DNA of 64,000 nt, from the NCBI RefSeq assembly GCF_036321535.1, contig NC_087436.1, positions 46,812,001-46,876,000 on the forward strand, in the 5' to 3' direction. The translations under genes and the position numbers were made by a program. Each line of letters begins with the position of its first letter. Position 1 is the stretch's first letter. Origin of the DNA: Camelus dromedarius (Eukaryota). The notes beneath the pieces are model-generated. The model was given only the letters and a program-made list of their open reading frames with translations, searched no databases and was not told the origin of the DNA. Of this stretch, positions 38,032 to 50,034 are shown piece by piece.

Positions 38032-39056
38032 GCTGTGGAGAAAAGGGCACCTTCCCTCCCTTGCCCTCTCTGATTCTGCAGGGAGACCCGACCCGGGGAA
38101 GTTAGAAGGGTCTCTGGGAGAGGTTCTGGCCCCGAGAACATAGAAACAGCCCCCAGGAGAACCGGGATGGATGCATGTCAGGCCCTGCAGAGAGAGGCCT
38201 TGGGTCCCTCCAGTGGTGTTTCACTCGCTTACCAGGGATGGCTGCGTGTTTGTCCCACCAGCCACATCTGCTTCTCACCCGCCTTGGAAACAGGTGGATT
38301 TAGCAGCGTTCAGTTTAGACAGTTGATACACAGCCTTCCAATAACACTGAAGAACCTCCAGGCAGCAGACCTGCGGTGGAAAGGGAAGAAGTCCCCCAGG
38401 TTGAGTGAGGCCCACGGCATGAACATGTAGATGACATTAATCAGAGAAGACAGCACAGGAGAGAACTTCCTGGTCTGTGGAATTGCAAAAATTGAACAAT
38501 CCTCAAAATAACTCCCATAGCCTCAACAGCACGGTTACAATCATGCCTTGGAACTTGGGTCCCCGGTCAGGCCACATCCCCCCATCTGACCAAAGAGTCA
38601 GGGAAGCCGGCAGGAAGGATTCTTCTCTGTCTGCCCTGAGCAGACACCACCTCCCCGTCTCACTGAGACCCCTGCGGCCCCAGGGCAGGCGGGCACCCGA
38701 GCAGCCATCGTACGCCGGGTCCCCTCCGCGGTGACACGGGCCACATGAGGCTGCAAAGTGGGGGGGGGGGGTCTCCGCACATGAAAGGACCCGGCTCGCT
38801 GCCAGAGCGTCGGCTGTGCAGGGACAAGGCACATCACACCTTGGATTTTGAAGTTCATAAATAGATCCACAATGTTGATACTTAAGGGGGCTGGTGGGTG
38901 GGAGCTGAACTGTTTCTCCAACTCTGTAATTAATTTATCCAGCAACAAGGCTATAATGTTGCCAGGAAGAGAAAAAGAACCCCTGGGGGCTGACTGGCTT
39001 TTCCTCAGAATGATTGTTGGGTTGGGACGGCAGTTTAGATGTGAATGAACTCAAAA

Positions 39057-39755
39057 CTCTGTGTATGTGAGTGCGTGTGTGTGTGTGTATGGAACATATG
39101 GTTTGTGTGTGATGCGTGTGGTATGTATTTGTATGTGTGTGATGTGATTGTAGTGTTGTGTCTATATGGTCTGGTGTGATGTGTATATCCATCTGTGGTG
39201 TGTGTGGTGTGAGAATGTGAAGTTTGGTATGTGTGTACTCTAGTGTGTGTGGTACATGTATTTTTCTGTGTGGTGTGTGTGATGTGAGTGTGCGTATGAT
39301 GCATCTATGTGTATGGTGTGTGTGTGCTATGTGAGACTGAGTTGTGTGTGGTGCATGTATATATGGTGCATGTGTGTTGTATATGTGTGTGTGGAGTGTG
39401 TGAGCACGCATAATGTCAAGATGCGAGGTGCGATATGAATGTGCTGTAGTGTATGTGTTGCATTTTTACGTGTGAAGTGTGGTGCATGTGGAGGCTATGT
39501 GTGTGATGTGTACATATGTAATAAAGGGAGTGAGGTTTGATATGTGTGCTCTGTAGGGTGCGTGGGCTATGTGTATGTGGTATGCGTAGTATCTGGTGTG
39601 TGGTGTGCGTATGTGATGCGCGAGTTGGAGGTATGTGTATGTACTATCTGAGGTATATGAGTGCGTGGTGTGTGTGTTACATGTGGGGTATGTAAGTGTG
39701 TGTGGTGTGTATTATGTGTGCTGTGGCTGAGTGTGGTGTGTGTGTGTTGTGTGTG
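39057..39755. repeat. ~700-bp degenerate TG-rich low-complexity tract
   Basis: Imperfect (TG)n/(TGG)/(TATG) array, directly visible. Confidence 0.95.
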
Positions 39756-40280
39756 CGGCAGGCGCCTGTGCAGGCAGGCCCGCCTTCCCTCTTTGATGTG
39801 AGCAGGCCCGACGACGCTCTTGCTCTGAGAGCTAAATCCCAGGGGAGGAAAAAGAAAGGAGGCGCTGCAAAGCACCACACCCTAGAGCCCCTCGGGGAAG
39901 GGTTTGAACTGAGGCTGTTTGGCTGGGATCCTGCCAGCTCTGCCTGCCCCTGGGGCAGCACTGCTGAACGCGGTCCTGTGGGTGGGATCCGGGGAACTGG
40001 GGGCCTGGGGGCCTCCGCGGAGGAGTCCTGCCCGCCCCACGCCCGGCTCCAGCCTCAGCTGTGCCGGCTATAAAGTGTAAGAACAACGTGTTCCTCCGGT
40101 ACGAGGGCTGCACAAACAACGCTGCACTGCTGCTGTTTCCCACCCTTGTCTTCAGTGCGGGCATGAGTTTGCTCCGCACTCGGGATTATTCTTTGATTTT
40201 GGAGGTCTCTGAACTCAACTCAAACCTAAAAACACCCATCGCCAAAGCTCAGGACGAATTTGCAAATAATAGTCCCGGTA
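39755..40280 (+). promoter_or_regulatory. CpG-rich promoter/enhancer candidate with GC box, TATA and hormone response element
   Basis: CCCGCCCCACGCCC 40031-40044, TATAAAG 40069-40075, AGAACAacgTGTTCC 40080-40094. Confidence 0.5.
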
Positions 40281-40444
40281 GCTTGCTATTGTCCTCTTTT
40301 TCTGCTTCTAGTACAGTGGATAGTGCCACCAGGCCTGGGGACAGTAATTCAGCTTCTTCTGAGGGGGGAGAGGGGCATAAATTCCCTGAGCCTCTAATTC
40401 AAATCGCACTCCAGGGCCAATGCTCTGCCCTGGGCCATTATGCA

Positions 40445-40660
40445 AGTAATGGTTAAGGGCATGGACTTTCAAGGTTCTGCCTATCAACTGCTGTGTGACC
40501 TTGGACAAATTACTTAACTTCCCTGGGCCTCCCCGTTTTAAAATCTTTAAATTAGAGCTAATAGTCATACCTCATTCATAGGATTATTTGAGGATTAAGT
40601 GAGATAATGAATAATAAACTTAAGCATGGTGCCTAGCACACAGTAAATCCTAAATATGCT
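40445..40660 (+). mobile_element. MIR SINE
   Basis: 'aatggttaagggcatggacttt...ctgtgtgaccttggacaaattacttaac...gaggattaagtgagataat...gcctagcacacagtaa'. Confidence 0.9.
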
Positions 40661-40689
40661 TTACAAAGGAATTCCCCTATTCCACTGGG

Positions 40690-40830
40690 TAGGTATTATA
40701 CCCCTACAGAAGGAGGCTCGGACAGGGAAAGCAGTCTGCTCCAAATCACACAGCTAATAAGCGGTGAGCCTAGCTGTCCACCCACATCCATCTTGTTGGC
40801 ACATAGCGTGGCCACACTTGTTGCCTTGCA
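40690..40830 (-). mobile_element. MIR fragment
   Basis: 'gtaggtattatacccctacaga...tcacacagctaataagcggtgagcc'. Confidence 0.6.
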
Positions 40831-41521
40831 CTCTGACCACATCAAGCTGCCAGTGCCTGTAGACTTTAGAGACCTCTCCCTGGGGAGACTGCTGAATGTC
40901 TGAGACACTGTCATCCAGTTACGCTTTAGTCAGGAAAATATTTATGGAAGAAGCCTAGGAAGAAAGAAGAAAGTGCCGTGGACTGGCAACATGAGACTAC
41001 TTCCTTCAGTAGGAGCTGAAAAGTGCCCTGGCCTGTATGTGTAGATGGTAGACTCCTGCAGGATATTTTTGGAATAAAGAATTTATTGCTGAGTTAAAAC
41101 AAACATGAGAGCTGGATTCCATGACTACCCTCACTCATAACTGAGCTTACCATGCTCTCCCTTAGCATAGGCTGTTCCCTCTGAAAGGAACACCCTTCCT
41201 CCTCCCACAACCACCACCTCCCCCACCGGACTCTTTGCTCCCTCCCACCTGGAATATACCTCTCGTAGTAGTTAGCACATGGCTCTATTTTTTATATGGC
41301 TGTTCCCTGCCCCTGGATCATGCTCGCCCCAGCACAGGTGCCCTGCTCCACTCCTGTGTCTCCTGACACCAGGCAAGGAGCCCCGATGAGAAGATGCTGC
41401 TGGAGCCCTCATAGCGCCATCATTTGTTGATGCAACACATGCAGTGTTGATGGCCCTGACCTTATCCAGGTCCTAGGCTGATGCTCCTAGTGCAGAGCAC
41501 AGTGAGGCAGCGGCTCAGGGG

Positions 41522-41960
41522 TGTGGTGGGTGCATCGCCACAGTCACCAGAGAAATGAGAAACCACTTCAAGTGTTTACAGCAAAGGGAATGTAATGCAG
41601 AGAATTGGTTTCACAGGTGCTGGAGGACCTACGAAGCCAAATAGAAAAGAGACACCAGAAGTTACCAATAGTTGGGAACCACTGCCGATCCTAGGGGACA
41701 AAGACAGGAGGTGACAGTTCCTAAAGCTTGAGAGCAGAGACAGCCTGGCGGAGGGCAGAACCAGAGAGGGCTGTTCTGGGAGTCGGTGTCACCAAGGAGG
41801 CACAGACAGCAGGACCTTCTTGGTTGGTGTCCCCATGGGCCTCTCCCAGCTATGAGGCATATGGGGCAGGAGCCTGGCAAGTGCCTTGTGCAAGGTCAGC
41901 CCCTTCAATACAGAGCAGAGCCTGGGGAGAGGGGGCAGGCAGGGAGGACCAGCCAACAAG
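41522..41960 (-). mobile_element. Ancient solo LTR (LTR78/LTR33-like)
   Basis: 'agaaaccacttcaagtgtttacagcaaagggaatgtaatgcagagaattggtttcacaggtgctggagg' resembles the antisense 3' end of these LTRs. Confidence 0.6.
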
Positions 41961-42094
41961 GATAGGACGCACCTGTGGGGAAAAGGTTACTTTGGAGGGG
42001 ATTCAAGGCCCGGCTGAGAATGGGCTAAAAGGCTGAAAGCCAAAGTCATAAAAGCTCACTGGTTTCAGGCAGGTCGATGGGTCAGTTATCTGGG

Positions 42095-42205
42095 AAGAAA
42101 AAGTATATATGCATGTATGTGTATAACGGAATCACTATGCTGTACACCAGAAATGAACACACTGTAAACCGACCATACTTCAATAAAATAATAAAATAAA
42201 ATAAA
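42095..42205 (+). mobile_element. 5'-truncated lineage-specific L1 3' end
   Basis: 'gtataacggaatcactatgctgtacaccagaaatgaacacactgtaaaccgaccatacttcaataaaataataaaa'. Confidence 0.9.
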
Positions 42206-42658
42206 ACAACATACATTTGTTTTCTCTGGTTACCATGGGTCAGGAGCCTGATCATGACTTAGCTGGGTTCTTGTCGGATCTTGAGCTATGTTTTTTATCT
42301 AGAGACTCAACTGGGGGAGCATCCACCTCAGAGCTCACTCTGACTCCACTTCCTTGTGGCTGTACGACTGAGGGCCCAGCCACTGGCTCACTGTCCGCTG
42401 GAAGCCCTCCTCAGGTCCTGGAGCTGCTGGCAGGTGAGAGCTACACCGGCTGCTCCAAGGGGGCCACTGACTTCATTAAGCCCACAAGGAGAGCCTCTAA
42501 CTCCAGTCTGCCCAGTGGGAGTCTCAAATGGCATAACGTAATCATGTGCATGACACCCCCTCACCTTTGGCATATTCTGTGGGACAGGATCACACAAAGG
42601 CGTGAACACTAGAGGCAGGCATCACTGGCGGCACCTAGGGTCTGTCTGGGACGGTACA
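42206..42658 (-). mobile_element. MaLR LTR MLT1E-like
   Basis: 'tgggtcaggag...cttagctgggt...aacgtaatcatg...tcacctttggcatattct...ggatcacacaaaggcgtgaacac'. Confidence 0.8.
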
Positions 42659-42929
42659 TCTCACACTGTAGCTCTGCATAACTCGGTTCTGGTTTTCTTC
42701 TGCAGGTCTGAATGTTTTAGAGCACTCACTAAAGAGTAAAACAACAGGAACAGAAAATTAGCATTAAAATCCACAGACATTGCAATTAGCAAAAGCTCAG
42801 AGATACTATGAAAATTTGCTAAAGCAAATCTTATGCCAAATTAACCTTAACTTTTAATTTGGACTGTCCAAATACATCTCATAAGCTTTAATGTTCTGCA
42901 AGGCTTTTGACCGAAAAAAAATTTTTTAA

Positions 42930-43420
42930 TCCAGTTCTAGGAATTTATTCAAAGAAAATTATCATGGATGCGTGCAAAGATTTAACTACGAGGATGTTCA
43001 CCACAACATGGCAAATAACTGCAAAAAACAAAAACAAAAAAATCTCTAAACTACACACAACTGGTTGTTTTACAATAGGACATTAACTAGTTAAGCTACG
43101 GTGCATTCATGCAACAGAATATGACGACCCTTTTGAATATAATGTGGAAGAATACTAAGTACACGGAAAAATGTTTACTGTCTAATGATAAAAAAAAGGG
43201 AAAAAGTCTTAAAACAACACTCACACCGTGATGCCATTTGGTCTTTGTTTTGTTCTAGCACATACAGGCACGGATAAATGACTGGAAAGATTTATACAAA
43301 ATCGTAACGATGACTTCTTTGGAAGATGAGATTAGATGTGACTTTCCTTTGGCCTTATTTTATTTTCTAAGTTTTCTGCCATTAACATTTATTACTTTTA
43401 TAGTAAGAAAAATGTTCATT
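42930..43420 (+). mobile_element. L1ME-like 3' fragment
   Basis: 'ttctaggaatttattcaaagaaaattatcatggatgcgtgcaaagatttaactacgaggatgttcaccaca'. Confidence 0.8.
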
Positions 43421-44269
43421 TTAAATATCTAAGTTTTCGTAATCAAATATACGGAACAAAGGGTGTATTGAAAACAATCTAAAAATTACCATTTGGCAGC
43501 TTAGTGTTAGAGAACGAGATAACTTTGGGTCATGGTTCTACTTGGTGGCTCTGTTACCTCAAGCAGATCACTTTATCTCACTAACCTTGGTTGACTCGTG
43601 TCATGAAAATACCACTTACTCTAGCCAACAGCAGTATTTACTGTAATGATTAAGATGATGGGTAAGTGCATGCTGAATTGCAAAGCAGGAGTCGTGGAGT
43701 ATTTCTCCCTTTGACATTCAAATTAAGTAAGACACACCCTACAGAGAAAAGCATGAGGGATCTGGTGGTTAAAGTCATCATTGAACGGGATTCTTTGGTG
43801 GAGTTTTCTCCAAAACCCTGCACTCAATTACAGGTTCACTTGGTGTTTGGGCTCGGTGTGTCCAAGTGCACGTCTTGTCTGCCATTAGCTAGCTGCGCGG
43901 TCTTGAGGACATCAGGTACCTCTCTGACTTTGGTTTCCTACCATAAGCTTGTAAGGTAAGCACTATCTTAGGTCTACAGGTTTCTTAACAGGCCTATTTC
44001 TACCAAGAAACTGATGCTCTCCAGGGCTTTTTCCAGCTCTGACATTCTGTGATTTGGGGACAGTATGTTTTCAAAGGTAGAGCACAGCCAAAGGAAATGG
44101 GGAAAAAGAAGAGTCAAGGTTTTCTAGTCTGAGGAGATTGCTGTCTAGGCTGGTTACATTCTCAGGTGAGGAAAGACTGAAGGATATTAGTGATCTATTC
44201 TATCAGTGATACAACAGCATACCTCCCAAAGTCCCGCTGCGTTGGCATGAGCGGTGGCTTTGGAGAACA

Positions 44270-44490
44270 CAAGGAACACGGGCTCTGATGTCAGACAGGC
44301 CTGGGTTCAAATACTGACCTGGTCTTACCACTTGTGTGATCTTGACAGGTTATTTCATCTTTCTGAGCCTCAGTTTCTTCTTTATCTTTAAATCTCATGT
44401 GACTCTTATCTTACATGTTTTGGAAGAATTAGGAATGAGTACAGTGCCTGGCACATAGTAGGTGTTCAGTAACCAGTAAATTTATTATTT
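44270..44490 (+). mobile_element. MIR SINE
   Basis: 'ggctctgatgtcagacaggcctgggttcaaat...tctgagcctcagtttc...acagtgcctggcacatagtaggtgttcagtaa'. Confidence 0.9.
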
Positions 44491-45334
44491 GAAGTTCATT
44501 GGAAGAAAGCTATTCAAGAATATTCTTGATTTAATCTTCATTTCTCCTGGATCAGCAGGATGACCTCTCCATCTAAGATGTGTCTTTGTCACGGTTCAAA
44601 TATCCTCTTAAGAGGAGAACAGTCAGGGTCTCCTGGTCACCTGGGACCAGGATGACTGACCAGCTTCCATTCCTGCCCCTTAGTGTGGCTGTTTCCAGTG
44701 GTTAGTTTTCTCAGGGATGGCTGGCACCCAGTGCCTTGGCAGTGCAATCCATGGGAATCTTGGTGTGTTGACTGTATCCTCCACTACCATTAGTGAACAA
44801 GAGAGGACCCTGGAATATATTAAATCACCTTTGTGTCAGATTGTGTTGAAATAGCTGAGAACACTTTGTAGAATAAAATTATATTTCATGATAGGTGGAT
44901 CTTGTGAGCTAAAAGTTTTGCAGTGTGTTTCTCTTTAGAAAGACTAAGTTAAAATTTTTCCTTCTGTAAAAGACTGAACTTAATATATTTTCTAAATATC
45001 AGGTATGTTTGTGCCAAGAAACTTTTTTTTTTAACATGGGGAACTACAGAGAAGATCCTCTTTAAGTAATCACAAGTGAATGTGGTTTAATTTTCTAAAA
45101 TTTTATTAACTTGTTTCCTTTCATTAGAAAAGCAATGCATGTTCATGTTAAGAAATTTATTTTCACACAATTCGTAAGAGAATAAAACGGAAAGAGTCCT
45201 CTTCATTTCCCCCAACCCTCAGAGACACTCATCCACCTCCCCAGACGTAACCTCTGTTAAGCTGGATGTGCAGCCCACCAGAATCTGGGGAGCTTATATA
45301 CCACGCATATATGACATAATACATTTGGATTTTA

Positions 45335-47613
45335 AGTAAACTTTTTATTTGAGAGCATTGCAGATTCATGTGCAGTTACAGGAGATAATACTGAGAGATC
45401 CTGTGTACCCTTTATCCAGTTCCCCCCAATGGTAACATCTTACAAAACTATAACACAGTATCGCAGCTGGCATGCTGACATTCATCCAGCTCTGTCAAGA
45501 GACAGAACATTTCCATAGCCACAAGGACCCCTCATGTGGCCCTTTTATAACTACATCCACTTCCCTTCCATGACAACCCCTTCAGAAACCCCTGGCAACC
45601 AGTGTTTTCCATTTGCATAATTTTGTCATTTCCAAATGTCATATAAATAGAATCATACAGTATATAACATTTGAGGATTGGCTTTTTTCACTCAGAATAA
45701 TTCCCTGGAGATTCATCCAGGCGTGTATCAATAGTTTGTCCTTTTTTTTTTTTTAATTGTTGAGTGGTGTCCCACGGTATGGTTATACCAGCATTTGTTA
45801 ATCTATTTACCTGTAGAAAGACATCTGAGTTACTTCCAGTTTGGGGTTTTTAACAAATGAAGCTGCTATAAACATTTACGTACAGGTTTTTATGTGAACA
45901 CAAGTTTTCATTTCTCTGGGATAAATGCCCAGAAGAGTAATTGCTGGGTCATACGGTAGATCCAGCAGTTGAGAAACACTTCGTAGAATAAAATTGTATT
46001 TCATAATGGGTGGATCTAAAGGTTGTCTCTGGAATTGTTCTTCTACTCACTAGAGGTAACGTTTTGTTTCTCTTGGGCTGTTTTCAAGGTTCTTTCTTTG
46101 CTTTGTTTTCAGAAGTTTGACGACGATGTGACTTGGTGTGGGTTTCTTTGGGGATTCTATTTGAGTTTCACTTGGCTTCTTGAGTCTACAGATTTATGTC
46201 TTTTACTAAATTTGGGAAGTTTTCACCTTTTTTAAAAAAGTTTTTTTCAGCCCCACCATTTTTCTCCTCTCCTTCTGGAACGCTGCTGGCAAGAATATTA
46301 GATCTTTGTTTACAGTTCTACCGGTCCTTGAAGTGCTGGGTTTCTTTTTCTTCTTCTTCTTCTTTTTCAGTCTATTTTCGCTCTGCTGTTCAGATTGTAT
46401 ACTTGCTATTATTTGATCTTTAAGTTCACCATTTCTTTCTCCGTCCTCCCCATTCTGCTGTTGAGCCTATCCATTGGGTTTGGTGGTGGTTGTTGGCTAC
46501 TGTATTTTTCATTTCTAAATCTCCACTTGGTTCATTTTGTATTTTCTCTCTCCTTCTGGAGAGTTTCTGTTTCCCTTTTGATTTAAGCATGTTCATAATC
46601 GCTCATCGAAGCATTTTTATGACGGTGCTTTTAAAACCTGGTCAGATAAGTCTGAATCTCTGTCATCTCAGTGCTGTCATCTATTGATTGTCTTTTCTTA
46701 TTCAGTTTGAAATCTTCCTGGAGCTTGATACAGTGAGTGATTTTCTATTAAAGACAGAGGAGAAAGATAGCGATTTTCTATTAAAACCTAGACATATAGG
46801 GCATTATATTATGAGACACTGGATCTTATTTAAACCTCTATTTTAGCTGCCCATGACCCCTCTCTGGCAGGAGAAGAGGCAGGGGTACACATCCAGCTTT
46901 CCCTCTTGGCCTCTACTGACACTCAAGTTGGGGTGCTCCTCGCTATTGCTGAGCAGGGGCGGAGCTATGCTCCCCACTAGGCCTCCACTGGTCCCTGCCT
47001 GCGCGGGCCAGGAGTGCCTCCTACTGCTCTCCACGTGGGCTCCACTGACGGCACTGGGGTAGTGGCCTTGCTACCTCTGGGCAGTGGAGAAAGTCCTGAC
47101 TCCCCGCTTGGCCTTCCCTGGCACCATTCTGGCACAGGGGTTAGGGCACCTCATCATAGCTTGGTGAGAGTGGACGCCTAGGCTCTCCATTCAGCCTAGA
47201 CTACTGTGGGAGGAGGTGAGGGCCACAATTGTTTTCTCCCCCGTGGTTCTTGGCTGGAGCAGAGCAGTTATTGTCTAAAAGTTTTCTGTTCTGCTACACT
47301 GCCCATTCCCGGTCTGCTGCTTAGAGAGAGGCAACTTATGCTGGAGCTTTTTTTGGTCTGTGCCCACTGGTATTTCCAGTTGCTGACTTCTTCAGCTCCA
47401 AGTCTAGGATATATGAGGCAGAAAGAAAACCCAGGGACTCACCACTGCCTTGTTTCTGGGGTCCCAAACTCCTTAGCTGGTTTGCCCTCCTGTCTCCCCA
47501 CCTCTCAGCATCGTCTTCCGTCTGCTGTACATATAACGCCGAGGGTTCCAGCTGTACTCAGTGGGAGGAATCAGGAGAAGCATGTCTACTCTATCTTCCT
47601 GGAAGCGGAAGCC
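45335..47613 (-). mobile_element. L1MC1/2-like element retaining 3' end (45335-~45960) and 5' region (~46020-47613), interior missing
   Basis: 3' part 'gagagatcctgtgtaccctttatccagttccccccaatggtaacatctt'. The 5' part ends 'tactctatcttcctggaagcggaagcc', like L1M 5' termini. Confidence 0.75.
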
Positions 47614-47959
47614 CATGGTTTACTTTTAACAGGGACTCAAATAGTACAAGTTTTCCCTTGAGCTATAAAACATGCAGTTTTAGCAACTACAAAGAACTAA
47701 CGGAAGACTACAATTAAGGAAATCTTTAATCTTGAAATTGGCTAAATAAAATCATAGTGTCTGTACATTCTAATGTATAACAGGGAAAACTGAACAATGA
47801 TTGTGTGTTAGAGGCCCAGAATTACTGAGTCAGAAGAGCTTAATTAATATTTTAAACCAACAGTGCAAATCCAAGTGTCTCATAAGGTAACACCAACCAT
47901 CAAAATGAAATTTGGGACCCAGGGTGCTCACAATTTATATTTTACTGTGTGGAGCCCAT

Positions 47960-48060
47960 CTTTCTTTCCTTCTTTCTTTCTTTCCTTCTTTCATTCTTTT
48001 TTCTTTCTTTCTCTCTTTCCTTCTTCCTTCTGCTCTGTCACTTTTCTCTTTTTATTTTAA
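47960..48060. repeat. (TTTC)n-like pyrimidine-rich simple repeat
   Basis: Directly visible. Confidence 0.85.
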
Positions 48061-50034
48061 AGCTTTGCTTTTTTTTGAGTCCTACACTGCAGCTTTCTGC
48101 CTTTATTTCTGAGCCAGCCATTAGACCCAACTGATTGGAATTATCATTTAGAAAACTGTCACAAATCTGTGGACTATTCTGAACTAATCAGGATAATTCT
48201 ACAGCCTGCCTCTGTGGTAACTTGGAGCAGCACTCCCCAGCATTTTGCTTCCTGACTTTTCCACACACTGCTTAGAATAGGATTTTGCAATATATATATA
48301 TGTATATATATATATCCCATCTTCACAAATTGGGCCAAATTTTTATCCTCCTTGTTCCGATTTTCACTTTAAATTTTTCATAAATCAGCTTAAAAAATAC
48401 TTGTTTAAAAAGAAAACTGAAAGAAAGGAAAAAGAAAAAAAGAAAGAAAATCATACTCGTGAAGTTGTACCTTAAAAAAAGAAAATAGAAAGGTTCCACA
48501 ACGTTCCATAGGAAGCAAGTTTCTATCTTGCAAATTTTAGAGCAAGAAAGCAAATTTTATAGCAAGAAATTTATAGAGCAAGAAAGTATCCAATCTGCCT
48601 CCAGATCTCTCACAGCACTTTATGTTAATTTCTCTTGGTTTTGTGAAAATAAACCTCACCTTCATGCGCTGATGTCTCACTCTCCAGTGTGCCGGATACA
48701 TGACCCATGGCAGAGAACCTAAACTTGACCTTATTCTTATCTGTCCTTTAAAATTTCTGTCTCCTTGAATCTTGTCTTCTTTAAAACCCACTCCTCTGCC
48801 CCTTGATGAAGACTCAGGCCCTGTGGCTTTTCTGCTCATTCTGGAATAACAAATCACACTCAAGTCTCAAAACAGTAAAGAGAACATATCCAGGCAAAGG
48901 TGATAATCAACTTTTGGGTTTTCCATTGAAGACCAGACCGTGCCCCCCCTTTCTTCTTCTTGATTCTTGAGGCCTCTGGTTGAAGCTGCTGGCCTCAGGG
49001 GAGGGAAGCAGCACGGGGCTTCTGCTCACCTCTCTGCCACCTCCTCTCCCGCTCCTAGCCACTCACACTAGCTAGGTGACAGTGGGGCACGATAGGCCAG
49101 GAGAGCAGACAGAACAGTCCTTCTTTGGTCACTGGTTTTGTACTCTCTGACACTAGCAGATGATTGACGCCCACCCTTTCCAAGATTCCCATCCCTGGAT
49201 CCGCCCTCTTGCAACTCCTCTGCAGCCTTCCCCTGTGGGTTTGCAGCTGGGATCCTCTCACTCGCCTGGCTAGTCCTCTTGTGCAGGATTTGTGAAGGTT
49301 ACAGTGCATTCCTCCTCTTAGATGTGGTCCTCATCTAGTCCCTGCAAGACACTCATGTGTTTTTCACTCTGAGAAATTCCCAGCTCAGCATTACACTCCT
49401 GAGTCTGCCATCAAAGCCATTCACCAACCTTCTCTTCTCCTCTAAATCTCCCCCAGGACCAGACCCAAGTCCATCCTGTCCTCTGACCCATCTCCTGGCA
49501 GCCCCTCTGAAAAATCCAGCAAAGTTGGACGCACCCCTACCTTGAAGTGAGTGGGGATCACAGTGTATCTACAGTTGCCTTGAACGGAAAGTTCCTTACA
49601 AATACTTCCTTTTCCTGACCTACACACCCTAACTCCTTTTGAGCCTCAATCTGGCTGAAGGCGTTCAAGAACTGTAGAGCCAATTCTTAATTTTTTTTTT
49701 CCTTTAGAGAATCTGCACATGATGATCTGGTACTTCATTTTAGAGTTTCACATCTATATTTTTCTCATTCAAAACTTTAATGGTAACACTCAGCCCAGGA
49801 GAACAGCAACTTTTTGTCCCCTCAACTTACTTCTTGGTATTTCAGGACTATTATTAAATCTTCCTCTGGCCTCTTTTTTTTTCCGAAATGATTCCAATTC
49901 TTAGAGCCATTTCCCTCAAGTCCTTTAATAATTTTGATTTCTCTCCTCTATTTTCTCTAGTTTTACCACATTTCAAGTAATTGTGCATCAGAGAAATGAA
50001 CATGTAAGATGTGTGCATGATTTTGGTGGTTGTA

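Noticed and set aside
38935..39961. His/Thr-rich and Cys/Val-rich ORFs
   Set aside because: These are translation artefacts of the TG/CA low-complexity tract.
40445..40830. Inverted MIR pair as a dsRNA hairpin
   Set aside because: The copies are highly diverged, and such arrangements are common by chance.
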